Origin: Phyllosticta citribraziliensis
Taxonomy: Eukaryota
Direction: 5' to 3'
Assembly: GCF_038025025.1 (NCBI RefSeq)
Contig: NW_027117342.1
Span: 62,001-126,000, forward strand
Length of the DNA stretch: 64,000 nucleotides
Each line of letters starts with the position of its first letter. Within the stretch, counting starts at the first letter, position 1. This document shows positions 1 through 14,372 of the stretch, one piece after another. A program made the position numbers and the translations under genes. The notes beneath the pieces are model-generated. The model made no database searches, was not told where the DNA came from, and worked only from the letters and a program-made list of their open reading frames with translations.

Positions 1-3000
1 TTAATTTTATCTTTAGTCTTACTTTACTATAATTAAAGCTTATACGCGGTTTAAAGCTATAATATATAAAGAAGGGGGATATGCCTATAGACGCGTTAAC
101 TAGCATATTAGTTATAAGTTTAGTAATTAGTAACTATATATCCTAGTTGTCTTATCTCTAGTTAATAAAGCTATATAAGTACTTCTTAAGCTCTTAGTTA
201 GCTTGTTCTATTTAGCTATCTAACTATAGGTAATAAGGAGTTATTAGCTTAGCTATTATCTTTAGCTACTATAGTACTTCCTTCTATAAGTTAGTAATAA
301 ACTAAGGGCTATAGTCTAAGATAATAGTCCTTAGTAGGCTATAGAGGCTAAAGACCTACTTAATTATTATCTTAGCTATCTTAGCTACTCCTATCCCGCC
401 GTCTTCTATACTATACTTAATATAGTACTTAGATTTACTAAACTAGTTATATACTATAAGAATAGTATTATAGCCCTACTTAGTTCTCTTAAGGCTAGTT
501 ATAAAGTCTATAGTAAGGTCCTCCTATAGGTGCTCCTCTACTAGTAATAGCTATAGTAGGCTATTTATCTTATTATACTTCTAGCTATAACTATAAAGTA
601 TATAGTTCTTTATAAGTTAGGTGATCAGCTCCCTTATTTTTAGGAAATAATACTAGCTTAATACTATAGGGTATATCCTAGCTATACCTAGGTATCCTAT
701 TACTAGCTACTTATATATATACCTAAGTAGGTAGATATATAGGTTGTCCTCCTCTAGGATATATAGCCTATTAGCTATATATAGTAAGCTATTATAAAGT
801 ATATATACTTTATACTCTCCTACCTACTTATAGAGAGAGTCTATTTCTAGTATTATTTTATAGTTATACTATTTAATTACTTTAATAATATCCTCTAGGT
901 CTACTAGGTCTAGTTAGCTAGTAATAGCTTTAGAGTCCTCTTCCTAGGTGCTGTTATTATCTTTCCTTCTACTAGTTATTAGGTTTACTATACTAGTAAA
1001 AGGTAAAGTAAGTAGAGAAGGAGTATTATAGCCTGCTCCTCTTAAGCTTAACTAATTAATTAAGGTCTACTCTCCCTATTTATAGTTGCTAATATTGTTA
1101 CTTATAAATTATATTAGGATAGGGGAAAGTACTAAGCTAATAAGTAGTATTAGTTACTTATTCTCTAGCTTTACCTTAGTATACTCTAGGTTATCTTTAA
1201 TAATGCTATTATTATACTTACTAGGTTTATTTATAATAGAGTTAGTCTAGTCCCCTTTTAATAGCTTTAAGTCCTACTATTTATAAGACTTATCTAGTCT
1301 TTTAGGGGGGAGTAGCACCTAATACTAGTACTAGTTATAATTATTATTTTTAGTTACTTAGTCTTATATTTAGTAGGTAAGAGTATTAGCTTTACTATTT
1401 ACTTTTCTAAATTAGTAGATAATCTTAAAATAGTATCCTACTAGCTCTTTATTCTACTAAATCTAACGCCTCTAAAGCTTCTTAGTTATTATAAACCACT
1501 ATAGTATTTAGTAATTGGTATATATAGTAAATAGCTCTAGATCTACTAATTTTAGTTCTAGCTCCTAGGCTTTAAGTACTATAATAATAGCTAATAACTC
1601 CTTATTATAGATCGCGTAGTTAGTTTTAGCTAGAGTTATAGTATATAAGAAGAAGGCTACTAGGTATATTTATCTATTAATCTTTTAGGAGAGGACTCTA
1701 CTAATATTAATATTAGATATATTAGTTTCTATAATAGTCTTAAGCTTTAGGTTAAAGTAGTATAATATAGGTACGCTTATTATAGTATCTTTAAGAGCCT
1801 TAAATACTTATTACTAGTCTAGTCCCTATATAAATAGGATGTCCTTCCCTATTAGTTATATTAGTAGCTTAGCTTTACTACTAAATCTATAGATAAAATG
1901 CCTATAGAAGTTTATAAATCCTAAGAATAACTAGATATTATATACTAAGTATAGGGCCTGCTAGCCTATAATTACTTTAATCTTTATAGGGTCTATCCTT
2001 AGTCCCTTAGTAGTAATAATCACCCCTAAGAACTTTATTTCTTATATATAGAAATTATACTTATTAATATCTACTTATAAACCCTAGTCGTATAGGTATT
2101 TTAATACTTTATAGATATATTACTAGTACTTATTAAGTGTCTTACTATAGATTAGTATATTATTAAGATATACTATATAGAACTTATTTAGAAACTCTAT
2201 AAGGTATTAGTTAATAAGATACTACTAGACTATAGGCCTATTAGCTATACTAAAGGGCATCACTTTATAATAATACGCACTAAACTTTATTTAGAATGTT
2301 ATAAGATTATATAAATCTTTATCTACTAGGATATAGTTAAAAGCTTATCTAATATCTACTTTTATAAGATATTTAGCTCCCTAGATAAGGGTAATAGTTT
2401 TATTAATTAATAGGATAGCGTGCCTATCCTTCTTTATTATATTATTAAGCTACTAGTAGTCTATATAGAATTATACTCCTCCTCTAGGTTTATAGACTAA
2501 TAGGATAGGGGATAAGATAGATAAGTAGCTCTTTTTAATAAAATCTTTAGCTTTATTCTCTTAGATATACTATTTTACCTTACTAGCCATCATCTTAGAT
2601 ATATATAATAGTTAGCCATACCTAATACTACTAGTATTACTACTTAATTTAATCTTAAAGTCTAGGCTAGGGTAAGAGGGTAGTAGCTTATTAGAAGCTT
2701 CCTTAGAAAATACCTTAAGTAAGTTATAATACTCTTTTAGTACCTTAGTTTTTAGGTCTATAGCCTCCTTAGAGTACTTATCCTACTAAAGATTAAGGTC
2801 CTTCTAGCTAATATAGTTTACTCCTTATACCTAGTTAATAGCTTTAGGGTAGTTAGTATTAATAAGGTAGTAGACTATTATCTTAGATCCTTTATCTTTA
2901 TCTATAAGTATAAACATAGTACTATAGGCCTTTAGGCTATACTTCTTAACTATCTTCTTATATATAGTCTATAAGATAGGAGTAATATCTTTAGTACTAT

Positions 3001-6000
3001 CCTACTTTACCTATATCTTATATAGAGACGGTAGTAGGGCCTTATATTAGATTATTATAGTAATTAATTCTTTACTATAAGTACGCCTAGTATTAGTTCC
3101 TATTAGGGGAATTTCACCTTTACCTAATTCTACTAGTAGAACTAACTAGCATAGCATCTTGCTCTCTAATTAGCCTAATTCTACTAGTAGAATTAGTTAG
3201 TAAGCTTCTTTATTATTTAATTAGTTAGATTCTACTAGTAGAATCCTCTTTAAGATCTTAGGTATTATCTATAGTTTACTATTTTTATAGAGTAATCCTA
3301 TATTTATATTTACTAGTTATTAAATCTCTAAGATGCCAGCTCCTATATTAATTATAAAGCTATACTACTTTTAGTACTCCTAGCTAATATATATATTATA
3401 ATCCTTACTAAGCGGCATGATTATAAATAGTATAGAAAGGTTATAATATAGTCCTACCCTTAAGTAGAAGTTTAATTAGTGTATGAGTTAGTAGTAGTCT
3501 TTTCTAGTAAAGCCTATTATAATATAAGGCTTTTCTAGAGGCTACTTATATATGCTATACTAGTAGAGATAATTTACTAATAAAGTATTAATATATATGC
3601 GCCCTCTATAACTAGTATCTACTAGTACTTAAAGAGGGATAGCTTATCCTATAATATATATATAGATAATATAAGAATAGGATAAAGAGAGTTTATTACT
3701 ACTTAATCTATTCTTATCTAAACTATTATCTTATATGCCCTACTCTATAACTTTAAGTGAGGCTACTTATTTTCTAAGTTAGTATTAATAATATAAATAT
3801 ACTAGACCTTTTCCTTAGTCTTATCTAGGTAATTATAGGAGATATAGCCTAACTTATTATAGTTATAGCACTTTACTATAGATATATTATACTTACTAGT
3901 AATATCCTTATCCTTATTATCTATATCTTTATTATCTATATAGGTAGTATTAGTACTAGTAGTACTACTACCTTAGCTACTATAGAATCCTCTATATCTA
4001 CTACGTCCTCTATAAGAAGTATATCTACTAGTATATATATTATTATCTCTATCCTTATAGGTCTTAGTACTAAAGGTATAGTTATAGGCAGCCTAAGTAT
4101 TAGTAGTCTCTATAAGGAATAAGACTATATTATTAAGGGAGTTGTTATATTAAGTAAGTATAAGGTAGTAGTTACTTTATAAGAGCTTAACTAATAGGCT
4201 TTCCTTTATAGTTATATTGTCCTAGCTAGTAGCTATAATAAGAGACTAGAACTTAATAAGGAACTCCTTTAATAGGGTTATACTTTATATAAGAGTGCTA
4301 AGCTTAGTAATAGTATTGCCCTATTTATTCTTAATACTATATATAGAGTTAAGCTTATACTTTAGCTTAAAGGATATAATAGTAATAATACTGTCCTTCT
4401 AGTACCTAGTAAAGGCCTTGCCTACTTTAGTAGAGAGGTAGAATAAGATATAGGCTATAACTTTAGTATTATTATCCTAGGTAAGTATATTAAGATAGAG
4501 CTTAGTATTAAGTTTACTATACTAGTCTTTATACTTATCTAGGTTAGTATTAAACTTATTAGGGTTATAGACTTAGGGCTTAGAGTAGGAGCTACTAGTA
4601 GTAGAGTAAATAGCAGCCTTATTATAGAGGGCTTTAGTATTATCCTAGCTTATAGCTAGCTAGTTATAAAGGTTATTAATTATTATATATAGGTTATTAG
4701 GCTACTAAGCCTTATACTTATTATACTTATTTTAGAGGGCTATTAGTTTATTCTAGAGCGCCTTAACTTTAGTTTTATACTAATAGTAATACTTATCTTT
4801 ACTATAGTAGTTAGTAATAAGCTAATTAAGAACTACCTAGTACTTATTATTCTAGCTATTAGTAGTTATCATGTTCTTAATGCCCCTAACCTTATTAATT
4901 ATATTCTTTATTAAGTTAAGATCCTCTATACTAATTATAACTTACTCCTTAGAAGCTATAATATTAGTAGGTATAGCTATCTATACTGCTTATAGTACTA
5001 TATCTTATTTTAGTAACTTATCTAGTTAGTATTATATAGTGGCTAGATTTTGTGCGTTATATATATATATAGTAGTTTTAATCTAAACCTATCTAATAGA
5101 GTAAAAGAAGAGTTATTAGCTTAAGTCTTTAGCTAGGATAGAAACCTAGGCTCTTACTTAAAGAGATAATAAAGTAACCTTATAATAATATTATAAAGTA
5201 GTAAATTAGTACTAAGTAAGGTGAGTTAATTAGCTAATAATTAATAATTATAAGGTAGAGTAGTAGGGAGGATATAGAGCTATAGCTAACTTAGCCTATA
5301 GCTTACTTAGGCGCGCATACTACTATATAACTAAGGTTTAGCTAACCCTATACCTTAGTATCCTTATAGGCCTTATAGGCCTTATACCTACTCTACTACC
5401 TATCTACTCTATCTACTATTAATTCATCTTAGGATGGTCCTTTAAATACGTAAATAGTTTATTATATAATATAAAATATATTAGATAGAGCTAGTATCTA
5501 TATAGTAAGACTAGTTAAGTATTATTTAGGGTCTTATTACTAGTACCAGCTAATAGGCCTAATAGGGTAAGGTTAATAAAAAGTATAAAATCCTTATAAT
5601 AGTAATAAGCTATATCTTCTTCTATAGTATTATTATCTACTAATACTTTATTACCTTTATCTAGGCTACTATCTAATACATCTCCTTTATCTTCTTTACT
5701 ATTACTACTATCTAAGCTACTAGTATAGTAATTAGGCTATACCTTAGCTAGGCCCTTACCCTTCTAGTTCTAGTATTAGGATTTTAAATTAGTAGTATTT
5801 CTAGTACGCTTAGGTAGAGCAGGTAGGGCCTTCTTCTTAGGGTATATAATCTACTTCTTAGCTATAGTATTACTTATATAACCCTAGCCCCCTTAATAGG
5901 AGTTATTAGTATTATAGTAGGGATTTTATAAGAATCCTTACTAATTAGTATTACGCGTAAAAGGTTACTTACTTACTTATAGATATACCTTATTATATAG

Positions 6001-7549
6001 CTCGCGCTATATATACTAGTATAACTTAATATCCTAGATAAATTCTTCTATAGTAGTATTAGCCTATAGGTATAGGATAAGTATATAGTATTATACCTCT
6101 ATCTTATTTTAAGCCTATATTAATTAGCTATATACCCTAGTAAGGCTAGATACCTTACTATAATAGATATAATCTAATATAAAATCCGCTATTAGGATAT
6201 TATTGCGTACGCTATATTTATTAAACTTTATTTTATCTAGCTACCTTATAGCTTTATAGACTAGTAATCCCTATTACTCCTATAGTACTTATACCTAGTT
6301 ATTAATACTATTACTATCTAGGAGTGTATCCTAGTAGGTCTTTATTAATTATTAGATATACTATTTAGTAGCGCGACCCTTAAGGTATTACCCTAAGTTT
6401 TTATAGACTACTTATACTAGAATATATTATAAGGATATATCTATAGCTTTAATAAATTACTTAATATCCTAGTAGTAGGTCTAGGTTCCTTTAATTATAA
6501 TATTACTAGGCTTAAATTTAGCTTCTAGGAGGTATAGGTTAAAGAATCTAACCTCCTTAAGGCTAAACTTTAGTACTAGTAGCTACTACTAGTAATAAGG
6601 AGGAAACTACTAATCTAGATCTAGAGTAGTCTATAGACTAGTATTATATAGGCGTCTCTTAGCCTTTCTTTTATAATCTACCTACTAGATTATAGCTCTT
6701 AGGCTGTCCTAATTAGCTTAGGCTTTATAGATAGTATTATATTAGATTTACTAGTAACTCTCTAGGGATTTAAATAATTTACCTAATTATATATTAATTT
6801 TACTTATACTAGTATTAATTATAGTAAGCCTTATTCCCTACTAACCTAGTAGCTTAGATTAGTTACCTAACTATATATTAAGGTTAGTAATAGCTATATC
6901 CTAGGCGCTAAGGTTAGTTTTAAGGTACTAGGCTTAGGCCCCTATAAAAGGTAGTAGGTCCTCTATATTACCCTATCTACTACCTCTAGATCCTTTACTA
7001 GATCTACTAGCCCTAGATATTATAACTCTCTAGTAGTATTAAGAACCTATACTTAATTAGCTAGTAGGATAGTATTTAGGCGCTCTAGGGGGTAGGAGTA
7101 TAGAAAGTAGCTTATATTAGTTATATTATAGTAACTTAGAAGGTTTTAGTAAGGGAAATTAAGTATCTAGGTAGTTAGTATTATACTAGATAATTATATT
7201 AAGGGATCTACTATATAAATCTAAAGAGAGGTTATTACTACTTATATTATAATAGTTAGGGAAATAAAAGGCTCTATAATAGCCTAGTTAGTATAGGTTT
7301 AGATCTATAGAGTAGGATTTATAGCTTAATATATAGGAGTAGTAAAAATAATTAGAAGGTATATATAGAGAAGATAAATATCTAAGGGATATATTAAAGG
7401 AGGGAGTATTAAATAGTTATTATTAGGCGTGGCTAGGTATTAAAGGACTAGTAGATTCCTAGGCAGGTAATAGTAGGCGCGTTATATCTATATTAGGGCC
7501 TAGGATCTAGTATAGTAACTACTATTATAGTTACTTAGTTACTATAGTA
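1..7549 (-). mobile_element. RIP-degenerated Ty3/Gypsy LTR retrotransposon (5' LTR, gag-like regions, PR, RT, RNase H, integrase; continues beyond window start)
   Basis: Minus-strand translation gives RIP-altered motifs in Gypsy order: protease VLVDTSYRG (~3610-3630, =ALVDTG), RT KVMPFS...VYLNNILIYS (~2145-2270, =VMPFG...YLDDILIYS), RNase H IETNISNINISRVLS (~1690-1735, =ETDASD.GGVLS), integrase EDLTIDFITSL (~490-525) and IILDYSP*F (~300-330, =IVSDRGPQF). CpA/TpG are nearly absent, TpA abundant, stops frequent. Confidence 0.95.
7124..7549 (-). repeat. 5' LTR of the Gypsy element (426 bp)
   Basis: Bounded by 12-bp inverted termini TATTATAGTAAC (7124-7135) and GTTACTATAGTA (7538-7549), 11/12 match, consistent with RIP-converted TG...CA ends. 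Lies directly upstream of gag. The partner LTR is outside the window. Confidence 0.75.
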
Positions 7550-10457
7550 CCTAGTTATTATATACTATCTTTATAACTAGTAGATCTATATAGACTAAAC
7601 CTATAGAGGGCAATTATACTATACTCCTTAATTATACTCTAGGAAGACTATTATACTAAGGGTACTTATAGTATTAAAGGGTAGATTAGAGTTAATATAT
7701 ATAGTATTATAATATATTAAGGAGTAGTAGGGGTTAAAGATATAGGTACTAGTATAGGTAGCGCGCTTATAATACTAGCTATAAAATATATAGTATCTAT
7801 AGATTAGCTTATTAGTACTAGTATCTAGCCTATAATCGTCTAGGATTAGCTAGAAGAACTAGGTAGTAAGCCTATAATAATAGGTAGTAGGATAGAGCCT
7901 TATAACTAAATCTTATAGACTAGTATACTAATCCTAGTAACCTAAGTAGTATACTTATTAATAAACTCCTATATAGCGCGCGAGAGGGTCTATTAGCCTT
8001 TAATAGTAGAACTCTAAGTAATAGGGTATCTAGGAAGAGCCCTACTAGCTAGATTCCTTATACTAGCCTAGATCTTAGGAGGATTAAACTATTATATAAA
8101 GGTAAAGATTAACTAATAGGTTAGAGTAAGGAGTAGATCCTAGAGGGACTATAGGCTAGTATCTAAGAGGTTCTATAATTACTAGGTAAGTAGTTAAAGT
8201 TTTATAGGTAGTTCTTATTACTCTATAGTTATTAAGGCAGACTAGATTAGAGATTAGATTCTAGGTATAGAAGGATCTTAACGCGCTATTAATATAGTAG
8301 AAGACGTATTACGCATTTAGATCTAAGTAGCTAGTATAGTAGTAGTAGAAGTAGTATAAAAAGAGGTTTTAACTTATAGAATAACCCTTTTTAGCTACTA
8401 TATATAATAATCTAACTAGATATTTATAGTACTAATTTAGGTATAAGAGTTGTCCTATTACTTAGGCTATCTATATAGCTAAAGTACCTATCCCCTATAA
8501 CTACTAAGCTTACTAAGCTTACTCTTAGTATCTAATAGCTATACTAGATCCCTATAGGATCTACTACTATACTTATAGCTAAGCTTATAGAGGCCTATAA
8601 AGTTAAGATCAATTAGTACTACTATAATAGAACCTAGTATAAGTACTATAAGCTAACTAATATAGTACTTCTTCCTATTAAGTAGGTATAGAGTTATAAA
8701 GGGGATATAGATAGACTACTAGCTTTATTTAAGGTATAACTTATTATATATAGTAATAAGTAGTACCCTAGTCTTAACTACCTATAGATATATATAGTAA
8801 CTATTTATATAGCTATATTAAAGATTCTTATTACTTTAGCTATTATTAATAATTAGTATATCTATTAAGATGATATTATTATAGTATTTCTAAATAGAAA
8901 GATAGACTATTCTAGTATTTATATTTATATACCTATAGGATATAAAGAGTATAATAAGTATAGAAATAAGATAGTTAGTAAACTAGTAAAGGCCTTATAT
9001 AGCCTTAAGTAAGTACCTCTCCTTTAGTAGTTAGAATTTACTAAGTATATAATAATACTTAGATATAAGCCTCTTAAGGCTAATCCTTATATATTTAAGA
9101 CTCTATATAGTAGCTACTTAATTATCTATATTAATAACTTATTATACTTATACCTAAAGCTTAATAGTAGTATTAATACTATAAAGAAGGATATCTACTC
9201 CTATTATAATATATATAACTTAGGTAAACTAAAGTACTACTTAGGTATATACTTTATTTATTATAATAATACTATACTTATCTTATAGGACCTATATATT
9301 AAATTAGTTATAGAGAAGTATAGTATTATAGGTACTAAGCCTACTCCTATACTAGTAAAGGTAATACTTATCCCTAATAATAGTAAACTAGATCTTAAGA
9401 GGATAGTAAGATACTAGAGTATTATTAGTTCTATTAGATATATAGCTAATATAATATATCTAGATATTACCTATACTACTTATAAGCTATACTAATTCTC
9501 TTATAACCCTAGTACTTACTATATAGATCTTATACTTTATTTACTTTAATACCTAAATAGTTATTAGAACCTTATAATTAGGCTTAATAGTAGTAATTCT
9601 ACTAATAGTAGTAGGCTAAACCTTTATAGATATAGTAATACCTTATATAGTAATAACTATAATTACTACTCTACTAGTACCTATATCTTTATAGTAGCTA
9701 GTAGAGTAATTAACTATAAATCTACTAAGTAGATAGTAGTAGTAATAAGTATAATATATACTAAATATATAGTACTTTTATCTATAGCTAAGGAGGCTAT
9801 ATAGCTTTAGAAGCTACTAAAGTAGCTCTCCTATAATAATAATAATAATATTAAACTAGCTAAGCTAATAAAGATCTATAGTAATAATACTACTTTACTA
9901 AAGCTTACTAGTCTAAATAACTATAACTCTAATAAGATAAAATACTTTAATATTACTTACTACTTTATCTATAAGTATATTACTATAGGTAATATTACTA
10001 CTAAGTATATACTAATAGTAGATATAATAGCTAATAGATTAACTAAGGTACTTAAACCTAATAAGTTTACTACTTCTATTAAGTAGCTTAGACTTATCCC
10101 CCTTAATTTAGATAATTAAATAACTATATAATAATAACTTTACTTAATTTATAAAAAGGGATATTATTAGTTCTAATAGTAATAGAGAATTACTTATTTT
10201 TAATACCCCCTCCCCCCCCCCTTTTAGCTACCTTTTTCCTTACTTATTTACTTTATTTTTACTATTTTAGGCTACTACTTACTGCCTATACCTTATAGCT
10301 ACTAAGCCTTAGGGGGTGTAATAGAGGATAGAGTCTCTAGTAGGTAGTAGAGTTATTAGATAGCTAAGGTACTAGTCTATAGATAGTCTAGTATGGTGCT
10401 GCTATAGGTGTTATCCTAGATAATTTCATAACCTGACTCACCTACTCAATTAATACA
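7550..10457 (+). mobile_element. RIP-degenerated Ty1/Copia LTR retrotransposon, 3' half (RT, RNase H, PPT, 3' LTR)
   Basis: Plus strand: FKV*LII (=FKARLVV, ~8728), DDIIIVFLNR (=DDVITAFLNG, ~8870), KALYSLK*VP (=KALYGLKQAP, ~8990-9020), IIYINNL (=YVDDL, ~9121-9141), RNase H YSNTLY (=YSDASY, ~9631) and IIANRLTK (=MVADGLTK, ~10025-10050), then purine tract AGGGGG at 10311-10316. Confidence 0.95.
10317..10457 (+). repeat. Probable 3' LTR of the Copia element (141 bp)
   Basis: Starts TGTA immediately after the polypurine tract and ends TACA exactly where the RIP composition stops. No second copy in the window to confirm it. Confidence 0.65.
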
Positions 10458-10598
10458 CCTTTGATTTCACACCTTCGTCGGCCTCAGACCTCCTTCAGCA
10501 TCACCAATGTCCAAGGAGAATCTGAATCGGCTGGCGCCTTCGACAACAGAAGCATGTCTGCCTTCGACACCGCGCGACACTCGGCGTCGACGCGCCGC

Positions 10599-10757
10599 CA
10601 TAGATGCACCATCTGTGGCATGCAATTTGTGCGCATCGAACACGTCAAGCGCCACACCCGCACCAACACAAGATTTAGAAGCCTTTTGCGAGCACAATGT
10701 GTGGTAGAAAGCTTTCGCGTCGCGATCACATGGTGCAGCACCAAAAAAAAGCAGCAC
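10599..10757 (+). pseudogene. Degenerate tandem C2H2 zinc-finger pair (transcription-factor relic)
   Basis: Finger 1 HRCTICGMQFVRIEHVKRHTRTN (last His to Asn), frameshift in the linker, finger 2 KPFASTMCGRKLSRRDHMVQHQKK/QH (first Cys to Ser, frameshift in an A8 run). The host ORF begins right at the Copia LTR end. Confidence 0.8.
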
Positions 10758-13700
10758 ACACCTTCCTCAAAAAATGTCAGCGCAAAGGCCAAGGACAAAG
10801 ACAAGATCGAGGATGAGGACAAAATTAAGGCCGCCTCGAAGCCCTCTTAAACACCATCTTCAATGCAAGTGAACAAAATCAGATCATTAGCCCGCCGCTG
10901 CCGCCTGCGGTAAGTGGATCCCGCGTTATTCACCCCATCATGACCTACCGAGAAAGAAAAAGAAATGCCCATGGCTAATCTCAATCAGGGATAAGCAACA
11001 GGGACTCGAAAGAAGAACAGAATCCATGACTTTTGCGTCATTGATTTGTGGTTCAATCTATCCCGCACCATTACCACCACCACCACCATCAGCAAAGATG
11101 GCGCCGCCGCCGCCGCCGCCGCTACAGACTGCCGCACCCACGAGGCCGTGGAAGCGGGCCGCAGCGGCCGAGAAGAAAATCCACGACGACCTGGCGCAGC
11201 TGCCAGGTGCGCGAGCCGACGGGAGGAAGTGGAAGGGTCAAGGACACCGAGGTGAAGAATTTCGGTCGTCGCGCATCGCCTCGTTCTAACTCATCTCTTA
11301 AATTCCCTCCCCGCTCAAAGCGCTCAATCGCAACGTCGTCGAGCAGCAGCTCCTCTGAAGAGCCCTCCAGCCGCGAGGCCTCTCCCAATCCAGCGACACG
11401 TGGTGGCCGCGAAGAAGGGCCCACTTGGTTTTCAGGCATTCCAACATCGCCGTCGGGCGGGCTCAGGTACGCACGCGGTGGGTCTCGCTGGAGCTGCTGG
11501 CTGGCGGCGAGGACGCAGATCGAAACCATCCAACTGCGCGGCCATCTCCCCCCTCATGGGCACGATCGATCGGCCGACGCCCCACCACAAGACGTCCAAC
11601 CTTTCTGCGTGCGTCAATTGCTCGGATCGGTGATGGTGAATGAAAATTGGCTGAGCGCGGGCTACCGTTACCTTTTGGGTCCACCTTGCGCCTTTTGCTT
11701 TGTAGTGCCTTGCACTCCGCCACAGTCTTTACAGTAAACAATACGTACAAGTTGCTCCCCTTCCATCTCTTTCTATTGTGCTCGAGAGTCGAATCCAACT
11801 CGCGGCCAGCCACGTTCGGAATCTGCTCGCGCGAAACAGCTCCGGAAGGGTGAAAAGAGCGCCGTTATAAAGAGAAGTCTACTTCATTCTGGTGATAGGG
11901 GTAGGACGGCGTGAAGACCATTAGTGACGCTGTGGGCTTGTTTGTCTGACTCGCGCTCTTGGGTCTCAACTGGATGCTTCTTTGTCGCCGCTCTTGACGT
12001 CTCCTGCGGTAGGCCTGCCGTTATCCTCGAGATCAGTCTGTACAGAGCCCTACATGTTACCGCCGATCTGGTTGGCTCCGCCAGAAAGGTTGTCGTCTTT
12101 GTTGCTCTGGGAGTTCTGAAATGCAGCCAACTTGGATTGCTTGACGCTGTTAGAAAAGACGCGGCCGTTAATCACCTTGCGGGAAGGAGTTGAGGCCGCA
12201 GACAGGATGAAGAGAAAATCTTGGAAGTTAGGTATGCATTTGAGGAGGGTAGAGTATCCCCGCTCTCATGTCTTCATCCTAACTACCAAACAAGCCGTTT
12301 TACGTTTTGGCAGCCCCAGCGCCCCTGTCGCCGTCGGCATTGAGTGTGCCGCTTGTGTGGCGTCCGTCTCCCTCGTCGCCGCGGCACCGTCTGCGCTGTA
12401 CTTGTTCGAGGTTATTGGTTGCATCAGCATACAGGTGAGGAATTACACGCGAGAATTGGGGTCTCAGGAAGGAGGAAAGACGAAAGCAAGGACGCTTGAT
12501 GGGTCGGTTTCGAGTCTGGTGCTGGTGTATGTTGAGTCTGGCGTCCCCCGCGCGTTTAGAGTTGGATAAACTACTGGGAGAATGTCGCGCCCTCGTCGCC
12601 GTCGGCATCGTTTGCGCCTCGGGGTGTGCGCGGGTCTCCGCAAGCCTCGAGTCGACGACGAGCGTGTTATCAAAGGAGCAAGTGGAGGTCGGCCGGTTGG
12701 TGGTGTCAAGCCTTGTCGAGCATTCGCGGCTTGAAGCGCCTTGTCAAAGCATCAGCAAGACCAAGTCCGTAGAGGTAGGGATGAAGTGCAGTGACAGTGA
12801 ATCAAGATATCCATGTCGTGGGTTGTGCGAGCAAGGACATTCAGCGAGCGAAAGATGCCCAGGGGTGCCAGAGGACGGAGGTTTGAGAATGACGCGCGAG
12901 CGCACGGGTTGCGGGCGCGAGATATATCAAGACGGCTGTGACAAGTGGTATTGACACGCAAGGGAACAATGAAAAGCCGTCTCTGGTGATGAAAGCTCGA
13001 GGTTAGCGGTGGATTAGATCTGAGATTCAACGGGTCGCTGAGGACTTGCAGGTTGGCATTTGCGACGAATGCTCAAGATTCGCAGTGGACCTTGAGTCTG
13101 AGATTGAGCGGCTCGCCGAGGACTTGAAGGTCGTGTCAGAATCTGTGCTTGGCTTTGCGCGATGAAAAGGCCACCGTGAAGTGTTTCCAGTGGTCTCGCC
13201 CACGTCGGAGAATGTTGGTTGGGAAGAGCTGATGCGGACGAGGACGACGCGCCGCATGGCCTGGCGTGATTCACAATGATGGAGCTCATGACAGCGGCAG
13301 TAACAAGTACGTGTGGCAATTTCAACGGAAGAGAGTCCGTTGGTGGGTGTTGAGACTAGGAGCTCCTCGAGAAATCGAATGCTCCCGGAGGGACTGGAAG
13401 CAAAGTCGAGCAAGGGGCTGCGCCTGGCAAGGACGCTGCCTGTCGTTGGTCAGATCGTTTTCTCTTGCCCTTAGTCCAGCCTAGCCGGGGCCCAACCATC
13501 AAACAACTCGCGGGAAGAACTGCATGTAGCGCTGCATCCTCCCCTTGAGGTCGGCGACAAGCCCTGATTCTATTCGTCCCCGCTGGAGATACTTGCTACC
13601 GCTGCGTGCGGCCCCCACCTGTCAGCAGTCTACATATGCTGCATCAAATCAGCCTCGGGAGCCACGTAAATGAGGACTCCGTAGTTAAAGTCCAGGCTGA

Positions 13701-13970
13701 GAGCCGCTTGGAGTTCAGCGGGTGGATGAATCAACTCAGACAATTGATAGGCGATTTGCAAAGGTCGAGGCTCGGCCCCATCTTGCTGTCCAATTTTCCC
13801 ATCGAGACGTCTCCAGAGGGCCAAAGACCTTAGAGTACCTACACGACCGCACCCTATGCACGCCGCAGGTGCAAGTCAAGGTGCTTGCTTCTCGAGATGC
13901 AAGCCCTGGGCGGCGAGTCGATTTGAGTCAAGGTCGCGAGCGATTCCTCTGCGAACGCCGGCGCGCGGAC

Positions 13971-14064
13971 GGAATCATACTCGCTAGCGGGAATGGCCTT
14001 CTCGCCAGCGGGATTTGCCTTTTCGCTGGCGATCTCGCTAGCAGGAAGCACCCCCGCTCGGCAT
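13971..14064 (+). repeat. Short copy (locus A) of the dispersed CTCGCC(A/G)GCG palindromic repeat family
   Basis: GGAATCATACTCGCTAGCGGG...ATCTCGCTAGCAGGAAGCACCCCCGCTCGGCAT; shares its start with loci C/D and its tail with loci B/C. Confidence 0.85.
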
Positions 14065-14176
14065 GTGCCTCCTTCTTTGAATCGAGGCAAACAAGGGCTT
14101 TTCTGTGTTCCCGGCCGTGTCTACGCCTCAAGGTCGAATTTCTCTGCCAGCGTCACAGCTTTTGCGACGACGACGC

Positions 14177-14372
14177 CTATTTGCCCCAGACCCTGCGGAT
14201 GCGCCGCGCCAGTTGGATGTCTTTTTGCGTCAAGGTGACGCGCTTGGCGTGTATGGCGCAGAGGTTGGCATGTTCCGTCCATTGCACCATGTACATCTCA
14301 GTGGTATCCTGGAGCGCCTCGATCGCCGACGCCTGCCAACGTAGATGTTTTTCCCGGGGCTACTTCGCGCAC
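14177..14372 (-). pseudogene. cenH3: Centromeric histone H3 (CenH3/CENP-A/Cse4)-like fragment, C-terminal histone fold only
   Basis: VREVAPGK/(frameshift)[60 protein letters not shown] (not LRFQ) and the RRIR.VWG end are CenH3-type. Preceded by an intron-like segment 14448-14373 (GTGAGC...CTGAC...TTGCAG). No alphaN/alpha1 found upstream. Not in the ORF track. Confidence 0.9.
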
